Below the pieces are notes generated by a model. That model was not told the origin of the DNA and made no database searches. It saw nothing but the letters and a program-made list of their open reading frames with translations. 64,000 nt of DNA, taken from contig NC_043019.1 in NCBI RefSeq assembly GCF_006345805.1, positions 15,313,360 to 15,377,359 of the forward strand. Reading direction: 5' to 3'. Shown piece by piece: positions 10,561 to 22,804 of this stretch. The position numbers and the translations under genes were made by a program. Origin of the DNA: Octopus sinensis. Lineage: Eukaryota. Every line of letters starts with the position of its first letter. The first letter of the stretch is position 1.

Positions 10561-11099
10561 AACAAGAGCATTCAGAAAGCGCAAACCTCTGCCAAGGTAA
10601 CATCAACATCCTCTCAACGATTAGCCAGGGATGATTTTTAAAATGAGAATATCTTAAATAAATTTGACTGCTATCACAAATGAGAATATTTATTTCTTTA
10701 TTGCCCACAGGGGGCTAAACATAGAGGGGACAAACAAGGACAGACAAGGGGATTAAGTCGATTATATCGACCCCAGTGATTTACTGGTACTTATTTAATC
10801 GACCCCGAAAGGATGAAAGGCAAAGTCGACCTCGGCGGAATTTAAAAATGAACCCGACCACTCGCAAAAATTAAGTAAAATAATAATCCAGGATCCTTGT
10901 CCGGTACTGGATCAATCCCAAAATCTAATCAGCTCGTGCCAGTCACGAGGCCAACAAGCATCCCTGAAAGTTTCATCCAAATCCATCCAGTGGTTCTTGA
11001 GATATCTTGTCTTCGGACAAACAAAGAAACAAACATGACTGAACATAATACCTCTGCCTGTTTTTATTACCTCTGCCTTCGCTAAGTGAGAGGTAATAA
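10561..11099 (-). mobile_element. Helentron-type non-autonomous element (HINE/DINE-1-like), interrupted by SINE B
   Basis: Same family as 56144-56516 and 58174-58526, with a subterminal ACCTCCGCC repeat plus a nearby inverted copy and a terminal GCACTC/GAGTGC-type stem-loop. A SINE B is inserted at ~10685-10845. Confidence 0.7.
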
Positions 11100-12299
11100 A
11101 AACAGATGACTGAGTGAACAGGTATTGCTTTGTTTTGTTAAGATTCTTTATTGCAATGTAAGTATAGTACAGTCAGGTGTGCAGCAGGTGCAACATTCAT
11201 AAGATTACACATGTTATGTGACTCTCATCTCATCAGGCTGACCACATTAACAAGCAGATCAATGACAAGTGGACATTTTTAATCCGAATTACCAACATCA
11301 AGAAAGGAAAAGAGGGTGGGGCTACAACCTGTTGATCAATGAGGGTGAACAGCAGATGTAAATTGAGAGAAAAAGAAGAAAAAAAACAGTTAATGGCATT
11401 CCTATTGCAGTGATGTCATAAAACTGAGCAATTCATCAAGGCTAGAAGTGGCAGAACATGCTTGTCTACCAGCAGATAGCAGGCACCAAGCGTGACATCT
11501 GACCCAATCAAAACATGTTCAAAGAACAGCTGCCGCCCTATTCATACAAAAACCATTTATGTTGCTATATTGTTTGGAGGTTTGTCTACATTAAGATTGG
11601 CCTGCTTAGTAAAATAGAATTCAACATTAGTTATTCACTCTCTTTAATAAATTCATCTGAAACAGAAGTACTGTGATTAATTATTGCAGAAATAATAAAG
11701 TATTAGCTTTAGTTGAGGAAGAGAGTAAAAGAGAAAGAAAGAGAGGGGGGGGGCTAATGAAGATTGAGAGAGAGAGAGGCTAATCAAGAATGAGAGAGGG
11801 AGAAAGAGAAAGAGGCTAATCGAGAGAGAGAGACTAATCAAGAATGAGAGAGAGAAAGAGAGAGTGAGGCCAATCAAGAATAAGAGAGAGAGAGAGGCTA
11901 ATCGAGAGAGAGAGAGAGAGAGAGAGTGAAAGAGAGTGAGAGATCGAAAAAGAGTTGGGTGAGAAAGAGAGTGAGAGAGAGATGGTACAGAGGGGGGGGA
12001 TTAAAAATGTAAATGGGATGGTGGAATATTGCCAACGGTGCATGAATAGGGAGTAGGGACTTCACATGAATGCAAAGAGTGGGGTAGGGGTGGGAGGAGA
12101 ACGCAGTGACTGGTGAAACCTGGGTAAGTAGAGAAGATTGGGGACAACAGGATAGCAATGACAAAGCGGGCAGAGCAGTGGGGACAGAATTGGGGAGTAA
12201 AAGATAAGCGAGGAGACATGAGAAAGAGATGTAGATTGGTTTGTTGAGGCAGGGTGCATGGAAGCTGTTATTGTTACATGTGGATGACACACACAGGGC

Positions 12300-13240
12300 T
12301 TCTAAAGCTCAGTTTTGTTGAAGTGGGTGAATCTTCTCAAGAACTTCATATCTCCAGACACCTCGGTGCCTTGTCATCTCCTCCATGAGGCTGAACATCC
12401 TGAGGTCAGTCCTCACGACTTCATCCTATGACTTCCTGGGTCTCTCTCTTCCACAGGTACCATCCACTTTAAATGACTGACGCTTCTTTACGGAGATGTC
12501 TTCATTCATATGCATCACGTGTCCAAACCAATATAGTCTTCTCTTTTGCATGATGCATCTGATTCCTCTTATGCCCAACTGTTCTCTCACCAATCTTACA
12601 ATCATGAGTCCAACACTCTAACCAATAAGCCATGGGCCTCCACACCCACTTTAAATAACTGACACTTCTTTATAGAGATGCCTTCAGTCACACACTTCAC
12701 ATGTCCAAACCAACGTAGTCTTCTCTCTTGCATGTTGCATCTGATTCCTCTTATGCCCAACTCCTCTCTCAGCTCATTTGCACTTTGTCATACAAACACC
12801 CTTATGTCACACATACAACAGAGCATACTATTCTCATTCCTCTCTCGTCTATACATATCTTCTACATTCAGAGTCTATGTCTCACTTCCATGGAGTATAG
12901 TTGTTCAGACACAAGCATCATACAATCTACCTTTCACTCTGAGTGAGAAAATCCTTTTGTTGCCAACAGAAGTAGTAGCTCTCTGAACTTCCTCCATCTT
13001 ATTCTTATTCCAGCAACAATACTTTCAGAACATCCTCCACCATTGCTGATTTGGTTACCTAGGTAACAGAAACTATCTACAACCTCAAGAGAGCTTCCTG
13101 GGTATTTGAGAGTGTCTTAATTCCTGTGTGTCGTAATGCTTGTTGTTCCTGCACGTCTGCCATGAACGAAGACTACTTTTCCTGTTAACCAACCTGTGGT
13201 TCTGCTGCACCTCTTATGTGTCTGTAGCTTATACTGGGTG
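12300..13240 (-). pseudogene. Decayed RTE-clade LINE reverse-transcriptase C-terminal fragment (with internal partial duplication)
   Basis: Minus-strand pieces translate to LEVVDSFCYLGNQISNGGGCSESIVAGIRIRWRKFRELLLLLATKGFSLRVKGRLYDACV and to REQLGIRGIRCIMQKRRLYWFGHVMHMNED..DGTCGRERPRKS*DEVVRTDLRMFSLMEEMTRHRGVWRYEVLEK. These are typical RTE motifs, broken by stops and frameshifts. Confidence 0.85.
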
Positions 13241-13429
13241 CATATATAAATGTGTATGTGTCTGTGTATTTATATATCATCATCATCATCATCATCATTG
13301 TTTAACGTCCACTTTCCATGCTGGCATGGGTTGGATAGTTTGACAGAAGACTAGTGAGCCAGATGGCTGCACCAGGCTCCAATCTGATCTGGCAGAGTTT
13401 CTACAGCTGGATGCCCTTCCTAATGCCAA

Positions 13430-13600
13430 GATGAAGACAAGTGTATAAACAACAAACTGGTGTATTAGTTTGATACTCAAGAAAGTGAGAAAGTCTTTTA
13501 CATTTCAAGCCTATGCTCTTCATCAGAAAGGAACACAAGGAAATAAACAGAGAGAAAATAAAAAAAACTTTTGGAGTTAGCAAGGACCAGAAGATGCAGC
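13430..13600 (-). mobile_element. Penelope-like terminal fragment, family 3
   Basis: Homologous to 37620-37815 (+) and contains a hammerhead motif. Confidence 0.65.
13495..13530 (-). ncRNA. Minimal type I hammerhead ribozyme, intact core
   Basis: Minus strand reads CTTT CTGATGA A GAGC-ATAG-GCTT GAAA TGTA AAAG, with stem I CTTT/AAAG and a GUA triplet. Stem III is AUGU, a CpG-decayed ACGU. Confidence 0.75.
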
Positions 13601-13959
13601 AGATTTTCTTCAGGCACCCTATGTGGAAAACATTGGTTTTATTCAGGTCTTTTCTTCCTAAGGTGGTGAGCTGGCAGAATTATTAGTATGCAGGGTGAAA
13701 TGTTTTGTGACATTGCTTCCAGTTTTATATTCTGAGTTCAAATTCCACCAAGGTCAGCTTTGCCTTTCATCCTCTTGGGGGTCAATAAAACAAATGCCAT
13801 TTGAGCATTGGGGTTAATGAAATCAATTAGCCCCTCCCTTCAAATTTCCGGCTTTGTGTCAAAAATTATTTTGCTAGTGAATGAGTTGTTTCAAAGGGAA
13901 GGGGTATATCAAGTGTATCAAGTGTACTGTTGGAAAATTTCAGGAAGCATGGAAGTTTT

Positions 13960-14230
13960 GAAGGATGTGGTGTCCCGATAGCTAACAACTGATGTGAGTA
14001 ATTTATTCCATGCTTCAGCAATTCTGAGCGTGAAGTGAACCGTATCCGCCTTTTAATCACCATATCCTGCAAATTTCCCACACCTGCTCTTCTCATAACC
14101 TCTTTGTTTTCCACTCTGTCCCAGTAACAGATACCCGGAATTGAACATTCGCAGCATCAATGGAACACACCCAGCAATTCATATATCTTCACAGTCTTCT
14201 TCCTGGTTTCACAGGGACAGAATTGCCGTT
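13960..14230 (-). pseudogene. RTE-like LINE fragment
   Basis: ORF 13866-14114 begins ENKEVMRRAGVGNLQDMVIKRRIRFT, matching the post-RT RTE motif 'NEEV.RRAG....I..RRLRF.GH'. Confidence 0.6.
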
Positions 14231-14519
14231 GACATAACGATTAATGATTATAGATACATTTTTATGTTCTTACTGATGGCCTTAAGTCTCTACATTGAAT
14301 GATGGCATTGAAATACTAACATTGTTTACCCACTTTGGGGGATCTTTACCTTTTGACCTACTGATTTAAAAAATAATTTCTTTGTAACTAAACACTTTCA
14401 AACTTTGGACACTGGTAGAATGTTATATAAAACATCTTTTACTCTTGGCATTTTTGAGAAAAACTTATATTTACAAAGTAATTTCACGTTAAAGTAGTCA
14501 TATTTCGGTAATTTCAACC

Positions 14520-14870
14520 AAACGGTGATGGTGGTGGTGGTGGTGGTGGTGGAGGTGGTAGTAGTGTTGGTAGTATGGGCATTAGTGGTGGTGACAGTGG
14601 TATTGCTGGTGTGTAGTTGCACCTATTTTTAAGGGATAAGTTTCAGTATTTACTCAGCTGGTTTCATGGAATTGGACCCTAAAAAGAAACTATCCTCTCC
14701 CTTTTTTGTTTCAAGCAGTTCTCTTACAGCTTCAGCAGAAGCACCACCACCACCACCACCATCTCTACCACCACCACCACCACCGCCACCACCACTACCA
14801 CTACCATCACCACCACCACCACCACCTCTACCACTACCATCACCACCACTGCCACCAGCAGCAGCAGCAG

Positions 14871-14901
<31 letters not shown>

Positions 14902-15670
14902 ATCATCAACACCCCCACCATCGTACCACTACCCACACCCCACTGCCATCACCTCCCATCACCTCCCATCCTCAAACACCGCCACACACGGCACCCCAAT
15001 ACTACACCCCACCATCACCACTACCTCATACAACATATCACCACTACCACCACCACCACCACCACCACCACCAATACCACAACCTCAACACTCCACCATC
15101 ACTGCCACCCCATATTATCTTTTATCCCTTCTCAAGATGGAATTAATTAGCAATTTCATTAGAAATTGGATAAGTTATGAATTATATAAACAGAGAGACC
15201 TTACGGCTCCAGCCCCAGCACTACCACCACCGCTACTACCAACATCAGCATCACCTCCATCATCACCACCAACACCACCACCATTATCATCACCACCACC
15301 ACCACCACCACCACCACCACCACTGCCCACCACCACCATCACCATCATCATCATCATCATCACCAACACCACTACCACCATCATCACCACCATCATCACC
15401 ACACCAACCACAAACCCAACCACCACCCCTACCACTACCACCCCAACCACCACCACCCCAACCACCACCACCACCACCACCACTACCACCATCATCATCA
15501 TCATCATCATCACTACCACCAACATCTTCACCACCATCATCACCACACCAACCACAAACCCAACCACCACCACCACTATCGCATCCATAATTCTTTGTCC
15601 CCTCCCTATCCACGGACCATACTCAGAACGTGTGTGGTAATGGTGGTGATGGTGGTGGTGGTGGTGGTGC
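14520..15670. repeat. (GGT)n / (ACC,ATC)n / (GGT)n trinucleotide block
   Basis: Source of the poly-Pro/Thr/His/Val pseudo-ORFs 14666-15640, 14706-15146, 15175-15588 and others. Confidence 0.9.
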
Positions 15671-16199
15671 TTTTTCCTTGTCGTTGTTGTGGAGGTGAGG
15701 CACTCTGGATTAAAAATAAAAACCCTTACTATGTTACCGTGTTGTAATCTAAATAATGTTTCCAGTTACGATTGGAGTAAAGAGTAGGCTGGGAGGCAGA
15801 GGAGGAGAAGCCAAGCTAAGCTATTTCCTAGGGGCTACAGTCAGATAGGAAGACCCTGTCTTCCTATCCCTTAGCACTGATTGCTCCTTTTCCAAACCCC
15901 CAAGCACCAAGATAAGTATTTACCTTAGATAAAATTATAATAACATACCTTCCTCTTTTACACACACATATATACACATGCACGTATGTATTTTACATGT
16001 GTTTATATATACATATACATATACATCCACACATACATGCACCAACACACACACACATGCACACACATGTACCCCCCCCCCACATACCTATCTTTCATCT
16101 TCCCTGTTTTGTTTTACACAAGATATGAGCAAATGATCATCTTGTATTTTAATTATTAAATTTCTAGTGAGGGTGTATGTGTGTGTGTGTATATATATA

Positions 16200-16751
16200 C
16201 AGGGTCAGGCAAAATGATCTGACACATTTGTAGGTTAAATAAAAGGCAAATGAAGTAAGGAAACAAAAAAGTGTTTTTATTTTTGAAAAGTACATATAAT
16301 GCCATTTTGTTTCATTATGTATTAAAAATTAAATCAGTCAAATGGGATCCATTATTGTCCACGCACTGTCGAAGGCGTTCACAAAAGTTGTCAATAACTC
16401 GGCGGGTCATTTCATGTGGAATGGCAGTAATTTCTTGAATTGCATCTTTAAGTTCTGCCGGTGCGAGGTCGGCCGGTTGATTTTCGTTTCAATGCAGATC
16501 CAGTAGCTCTGAAGTTGGTAACCCATAACAAGATCGTGTTTCGAGCTGGTACGGGATCATGTCTACCAAGATTGAAGTGCAAACAGAACCCTCTTTGTGT
16601 TGCAGTTACAGAATCGTTTGTTTTGATAAACGTTTCCACAATGAAAGCGCGATGCTCACCAGTCCAATTCATGGCAGCAACTGAAAAAGAAACGAAAAAC
16701 AATTTCTTTTATTTAACCTACAAATGTGTCAGATCATTTTGCCTGACCCTG
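16200..16751 (-). mobile_element. Internally deleted Tc1/mariner-superfamily transposon (552 bp, 46-bp perfect TIRs, TA target)
   Basis: CAGGGTCAGGCAAAATGATCTGACACATTTGTAGGTTAAATAAAAG occurs at both ends in inverted orientation, flanked by TA. The minus strand encodes a DUF4817-like N-terminal HTH (MNWTGEHRAFIVETFIKTNDSVTATQR..PARNTILLWVTNFRATGSALKRKSTGRPRT) joined to a C-terminus (ELKDAIQEITAIPHEMTRRVIDNFCERLRQCVDNNGSHL). Confidence 0.93.
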
Positions 16752-16888
16752 TATATATATATATATACATATATATCCCTGAGCGTCTGCTAATACTTTA
16801 CATGTACCACATCCTCACGTTATTTTTTTGTTCTTTGTTTTTTATATATATATACACACACACATACATACATACATACATATATATA

Positions 16889-16942
<54 letters not shown>

Positions 16943-16989
16943 ATGCATATACTTTTTTTATTTATGAGTTAACAAGGTGAATGATGGTT

Positions 16990-17640
16990 TCATGTCAAGA
17001 GAGTTCTCTTTACAATTTTCAAGTGTATCACTTTGATATTCTCATCCGAAATGGAGACAAGTTCCAATGTTTCCGTGTGGTACACTTGAAAATTCTAAGC
17101 AGTGCTAGAACTTTTGAAAGGTGATGTCTTTTAATGCCTCTGTTGTTTTTTTCCTCCACTTCTTCCACATCTGCAAATTCCATAGCATCAGCTTTCATTC
17201 CCAGTGATGGCCTTCAAAGAAAAACAAAAAAAAAACAGTCTGGATCAGCTTCCAACAGTTCTTTCAGTTCACAGGATGTATTCAGTCTTGACTGCTTTTG
17301 CAGGCAAGGCACAAATTTTGCTGCAACTCTTTTCATTCGCAATTCCCCACTTAAAATTCGTTGGCAGGGGCTCCAGGACACATCAGTCATATCAACAAGT
17401 TTGTCAATTGTTTTGTCAATGGTCCTTCAAGAACAGTTCATGGATTTTTGTGATTTTTGCATTCATTCGGGTGGCCGATGATGACCCTGAATGAGGTTGT
17501 TCTTCAAGCAATGAGTGACCATTCCTATAGGGTGGAAACCACCCGTAAGCTTGTATTTTGCTCATGGCAGCAGTCTTTCAAGCTGTTTCTGCTGCCCTTT
17601 TTCCCCAGCAGAAAACTGAATTACCCAGAAGCACGCTGTT
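16990..17640 (-). pseudogene. Degenerate mariner transposase relic
   Basis: Minus-strand fragments resemble mariner motifs: FCFLLGK.AAET..AAMSKIQAY.WF..F.NGHSLLEEQPHSG, ILSGELRMKRVAAKFVP, MEFADVEEV.KKTTEALKDITFQ. Many frameshifts are present. Confidence 0.8.
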
Positions 17641-17651
17641 CCTTCATTTCA

Positions 17652-18225
17652 TATTTCTTTATTGCCCACAAGGGGCTAAACATAGAAGGGACAAACAAGG
17701 ACAGACAAAGGGATTAAGTCAATAACATCGACCCTAGTGCGTAACTGGTACTTAATTTATCGACCCCGAAAGGATGAAGGGCAAAGTCGACCTCGGCAGA
17801 ATTTGGGCAGATGAAATACCTATTTCTTTACTACCCACAAGGGGCTAAACATAGAAGGGACAAACAAGGACAGACAAACGGATTAAGTCAATAACATCGA
17901 CCCTAGTGCGTAACTGGTACTTAATTTATCGACCCCGAAAGGATGAAGGGCAAAGTCGACCTCGGCAGAATTTGGGCAGATGAAATACCTATTTCTTTAC
18001 TACCCACAAGGGGCTAAACACAGAAGGGACAAACAAGGACAGACAAACGGATTAAGTCGGTTATATCGACCCCAGTATGTAACTGGTACTTATTTCATTG
18101 ACCCCGAAAGGATGAAAGGCAAAGTCGACCTCGGCGGAATTTGAACTCAGAATGTAGTGGCAGATGAAATACTGCTAAGCACTACGCCCGGCGTGCTAAC
18201 GTTTCTGCCAGCTCGCCACCCTGTT
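17652..18225 (-). mobile_element. Tandem trimer of SINE B (169-bp period) with one complete head
   Basis: TATTTCTTTA(T/C)T(G/A)CCCACAAGGGGCTAAAC starts at 17652, 17821 and 17990. The first two units share private variants (AATAACATCGACCCTAG, AATTTGGGCAGATG). Confidence 0.9.
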
Positions 18226-19767
18226 CCTTCATTTCAGCCATTGCAAAAATCAATGAGCAGGAGAGGAGCACTGCAAAACAATAATGCACCACATGGCATT
18301 ACGACGTCACAGGATGGCGCCAGTCAGCAGGCTGATGCCTGAGGGTTGCATCAAGTGGATCCTAACAGCAGAAACCTGAACTACAGAGAACGTTTTCGGT
18401 TACTTTTGGCTACCCCCTTCATATATACATATATGATGGGTTTCTTTGAGTTTCCATCGACCAAATCCACTCACTTGGCTTTGGTTGATCTAAGGTTATA
18501 ATAGAAGACACTTGCCTAAGGTGCCACGCAGTGGGACTGAACCCAAAACCATGTGGTTGAGAAGCAAGCTTCTTACCACACAGCCACTCCTGCACCTAAG
18601 CCACATCTGTGATTATGTCTTAAAAAAAAACAAAATGAAAAAGAAAGAAAGGAGTGATAGTCACATCTGGAATGTCTTTAAATTTAAGTCTTCTCAGTCA
18701 GAGCTATTTTGGAGCCAAAGCAACAACAACTTTATTTATAGTTTTGAGCTCCCTAAAAAAAGGGAAAGAAACAGGTACTTTGTTGTTTGTTGGGCGACCT
18801 TCACTCCCCCCCCCCATTACCCATCTGTCTTTCTGTTTAATTTTTTTTTTTTGACTCATCCAGTCTCCCTAAAGTGCACCCCTTGTGCTGCAACCAGCCT
18901 CCAAACCACCTAAGCCCCCCCCCCCTTAAGCATTCCCTGCCACTGTCATTATTGCTGTGACAGTGCTGTGAGAATCCCTGATTTATTCCCTCTCCCCACA
19001 CACCTACACACACACACACATATACACACACGCACGCACCTTCCCTTTGTTTCCCTGCAGTAAGGATGGCAGCGACGGTGGTAGAGGTGGTGGTGGTGGT
19101 GGTGGTGGTGGTGGTGGTGGTGGTGGTGGTGTGGTGGTGGTGGTGGTGGTTTGGTGTTTAACAAAAGGAGGGAGGCACTACCTACTCCCAGACACCCCCC
19201 CCACGAACACTACTTACCCCCACAAGTCAATTGAACTGAAAACTTTATTGTTCTAACAAAGAAAAAAACAAAATAAAAAAATAAAAAAAAGTAGAATGAT
19301 AAAAAACGACCCCTTAGTAACTCCCACAGCCCCCACCCATTTATATTTTTCAGTGGGATCTCTTATTGTTCCTCGGGCATTTGTGTGTCCCCTCCCCTAC
19401 TTTAATATGTACAGATAACTTAATTGCACACAAGTCAATGATAGAGAGGGGGGGGTCTCTTCACAGTCAGTCAATCAACCTGCTAGAATTAGCAGCTAAA
19501 TCTCCCTCAAATCACACCTTGCTCTCTTTTCTCTAACAAAAGAGGGGGAAAAAAAGGGCACATTTGATACTAGCTTCAAATTTTGGTACAAGACCAGCAA
19601 TCTCGGAGCAGTGGGGTAAGTTGATTACACAAACCCCAGTGTGCAACTGGTACATATTTTATCAATTCTGAAACGATGAGAGGCAGAGCTGACCTTGGCT
19701 GAATTTGAACTCAGAACATAGCAACAGACAAAATGCCGCTAAGCATTTTGCTGGTTTACCACCTTAC

Positions 19768-19817
<50 letters not shown>

Positions 19818-19830
19818 TAATAATAATATA

Positions 19831-20249
19831 GGCGCAGGAGTGGCTGTGTTGTAAGTAGCCTGTCTACCAACCACATGGTTCCGGGTTCAGTCCCACTGCG
19901 TGGCACCTTGGGCAAGTGTCTTCTACTATAGCCTCGGGCCGACCAAAGCCTTGTGAGTGGATTTGATAGACGGAAACTGAAAGAAGCCCATCATAAATAT
20001 ATATATATATATGTGTATATGTGTGTATATGTTTGTGTGTCTGTGTTTGTCCTCCCTAGCATTGCTTGACAACCGATGCTGGCTTGTTTACGTCTCCGTC
20101 ACTTAGCGGTTCGGCAAAAGAGACCGATAGAATAAGTACTGGGCTTACAAAGAATAAGTCCCGGGGTCGATTTGCTCGACTAAAGGCGGTGCTCCAGCAT
20201 GGCCGCAGTCAAATGACTGAAACAAGTAAAAGAGTAAAAGAGTAAAAGA
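19831..20249 (+). mobile_element. SINE family A, full length
   Basis: GGCGCAGGAGTGGCTGTG..GGTTCCGGGTTCAGTCCCACTGCGTGGCACCTTGGGCAAG..(TA/TG)n..AAACAAGTAAAAGAGTAAAAGAG. Confidence 0.92.
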
Positions 20250-20397
20250 ATAATATATTTCTTTATTGCCCACAGGGGGTTAAACATAAAGGGGACAAAC
20301 AAGGACAGACAAACGGGATTAAGTCGATTACATCGACCCCAGTGTGTAACTGGTACTTTATTTATCGACCCCGAAAGGATGAAAGGCAAAGTCGACC

Positions 20398-20445
<48 letters not shown>

Positions 20446-20660
20446 TAATAATAACAATAATGGTTTCAAATTTTGCCATTTTGAAGGAGGGGACAAGTCG
20501 ATTATATCGACCCCAGTGTTGAGCTGGTACTTATTTTATGGACCCTGAAAGGATGAAAGGCAAAACTGACCTCAGCTGAATTTGAACTCAGGACGTAGCG
20601 ACAGACAAATTACCTCTAAGCATTTCACCCGTTGTGCTTGCTGCCTTAATAATAATAATG

Positions 20661-20698
<38 letters not shown>

Positions 20699-21957
20699 CC
20701 TTTCTACTATAGGCTCAAGGGTAGCAATTTGTGGGGAGGGGGTGAGCCAATTACATCGCCCCCTAATATTCAACTGGTACTTATTTTATCGATAACGAAA
20801 TGATACTATAGCCTCGAGTTTTTTCCTCCACCTCTACATATATATGTATGTGTTTGTGTGTCAGTGTTTGTCCCCACAACATCGCTTGACAACCGATGCT
20901 GGTGCGTTTACATCCCCATAACTTAGATGTTCAGCAAAAGAGACCGATAAAATAAGTACTAGGCTTTCAAAGAATAAGTCCTGAGGTGGATTTGCTCGAC
21001 TAAAGGTGGTGCCCCAGCATGGCCGCATTCAAATGATTGAAACAAGTCAAAAAATATATATATATATAGATGACTAGCTTCTTTCAGATTCTGTCTACCA
21101 AATCTGCTCACAAGGCTTTGGTTGGCTTGAGGTTATAGTAGAAGACACTTGGCCAAGATGCCACACAGTGGGACTGAACCTAGAACCATGTGGTTGGGAA
21201 GCAAGCTTCTTACCACACAGCCATTCCTGCATCTATATGTATATTTATTTCCAGAAATATATTTCATGACAGACTTGTTTTGGTTTCTCTCTGCCAAATT
21301 CACTTGCCAGACTTTGGTCGGCCTATGGCTATAGTAGAAGACATTTACCCTCGGTGCTGTGCAGTGGGACTGAACCCAAGACCGTGTGGGTTGCCAAGCG
21401 AGCTTCTTGATTGCACTGCCATGCCATGCAGCATTCCTGAAGGACTGGATGGCCATAGCTGGATTGCTTTTGGCAATATAGACCTCATTGAACAGGACCA
21501 AGTCGGGGATAAAACAACTACAGAAATAACGAAAGATCAATGAGAAGACGCACAGGGTCTGAAAATGAGACATACAAAAGGTGATGGTCACAAGTGGAAT
21601 GACTGATTATGGATGTGGTAGGGTGTGCCTGATCAGAACTGCCCTAGCAATAACCATTGCATCAGATCTCAATATTGATTCAGAATTCTAGCTAAATATA
21701 AAGTGACTCAGGGTTGATTCTATAGAAATTTTTGTTGTCAACCATCCCACTTCCATCTTCTAAACGATTCTGTCTGTCTGCCTGTCTGTCTACTTGTCTG
21801 TCTGTCTTCTTACCAGACTGTTTGTCTGCCTGTCTGTCTACTTGTCTGTCTGTCTTCTTACCAGACTGTTTGTCAGTCTGCCTTTTTATCTGTCTGTGGA
21901 TCTGTTTGTCCCCCTCCCTCCCAGTCTGTCAATCTGTGTCTGTTTGTCTGGATGTTC

Positions 21958-22022
<65 letters not shown>

Positions 22023-22031
22023 CCTATCTAC

Positions 22032-22072
<41 letters not shown>

Positions 22073-22619
22073 CATCCATCCATCCATCCATACATACATA
22101 CATACATACATACGTACATACATACATACATACATGTGGCTGTGAGGTGCAGGAATGGCTGCGTGGTAAGTAGCTTGCTTACTAACCACATGGTTCTGGG
22201 TTCAGTCCCACTGCGTGACACCTTGGGCAAGTGTCTTCTACTCTAGCCTCGGGCCGACCAAAGACTTGTGAGTGGATTTGGTAGACGGAAACTGAAAGAA
22301 GCCCATTGTATGTGTGTGTGTGTCTGTGTTTGTCCCACCAATATCACTTGACAACCGATTCTGGTGTGCTTAGTCGTCGTAACTTAGCGGTTCAACATAA
22401 GAGACCAACGGAATGAGTACTAAGCTTGCAAAGAATAAGTCCTGCTGTTGATTTTCCTCGACTAAAGCCAGTGCTCCAGCATGGCCGCAGTCAAATGACT
22501 GAAACAAGTAAAAGAATAAAAGAACATATATATATGTTTGTGTGTGTATTTATATATATATGTATGTATATGTAAATTAGAATAAGAAATAGAAAGTCCT
22601 TTATACAGTATTACATATT

Positions 22620-22741
22620 TGAAAAATGAATACAAATGTCTTTTCTGATAATTTTTCCACTTCAATAATTGTTTAAACATATAAACATCTAATTATCTAA
22701 GTGGAAAAATGACCAGAAAAGCCATTTGTATTCAGTTTTTC

Positions 22742-22742
<1 letters not shown>
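22620..22742. other. AT-rich ~120-nt fold-back hairpin (small MITE-like)
   Basis: GAAAAA-TGAATACAAATGTCTTTTCTGATAATTTTTCCACTT pairs with AAGTGGAAAAATGACCAGAAAAGCCATTTGTATTCAGTTTTTC. The loop contains further ATAATT/AATTAT and GTTTA/TAAAC pairs. Confidence 0.75.

Positions 22743-22804
<62 letters not shown>

Noticed and set aside
14666-15640. 324-aa Pro/Thr-rich ORF as an extensin-, formin- or mucin-like gene
   Set aside because: It is dominated by (ACC)n, is open in several frames and on both strands, and has no recognisable domain.
19831-19900. SINE heads as tRNA genes
   Set aside because: They have A/B boxes but continue into SINE bodies and lack a complete cloverleaf.
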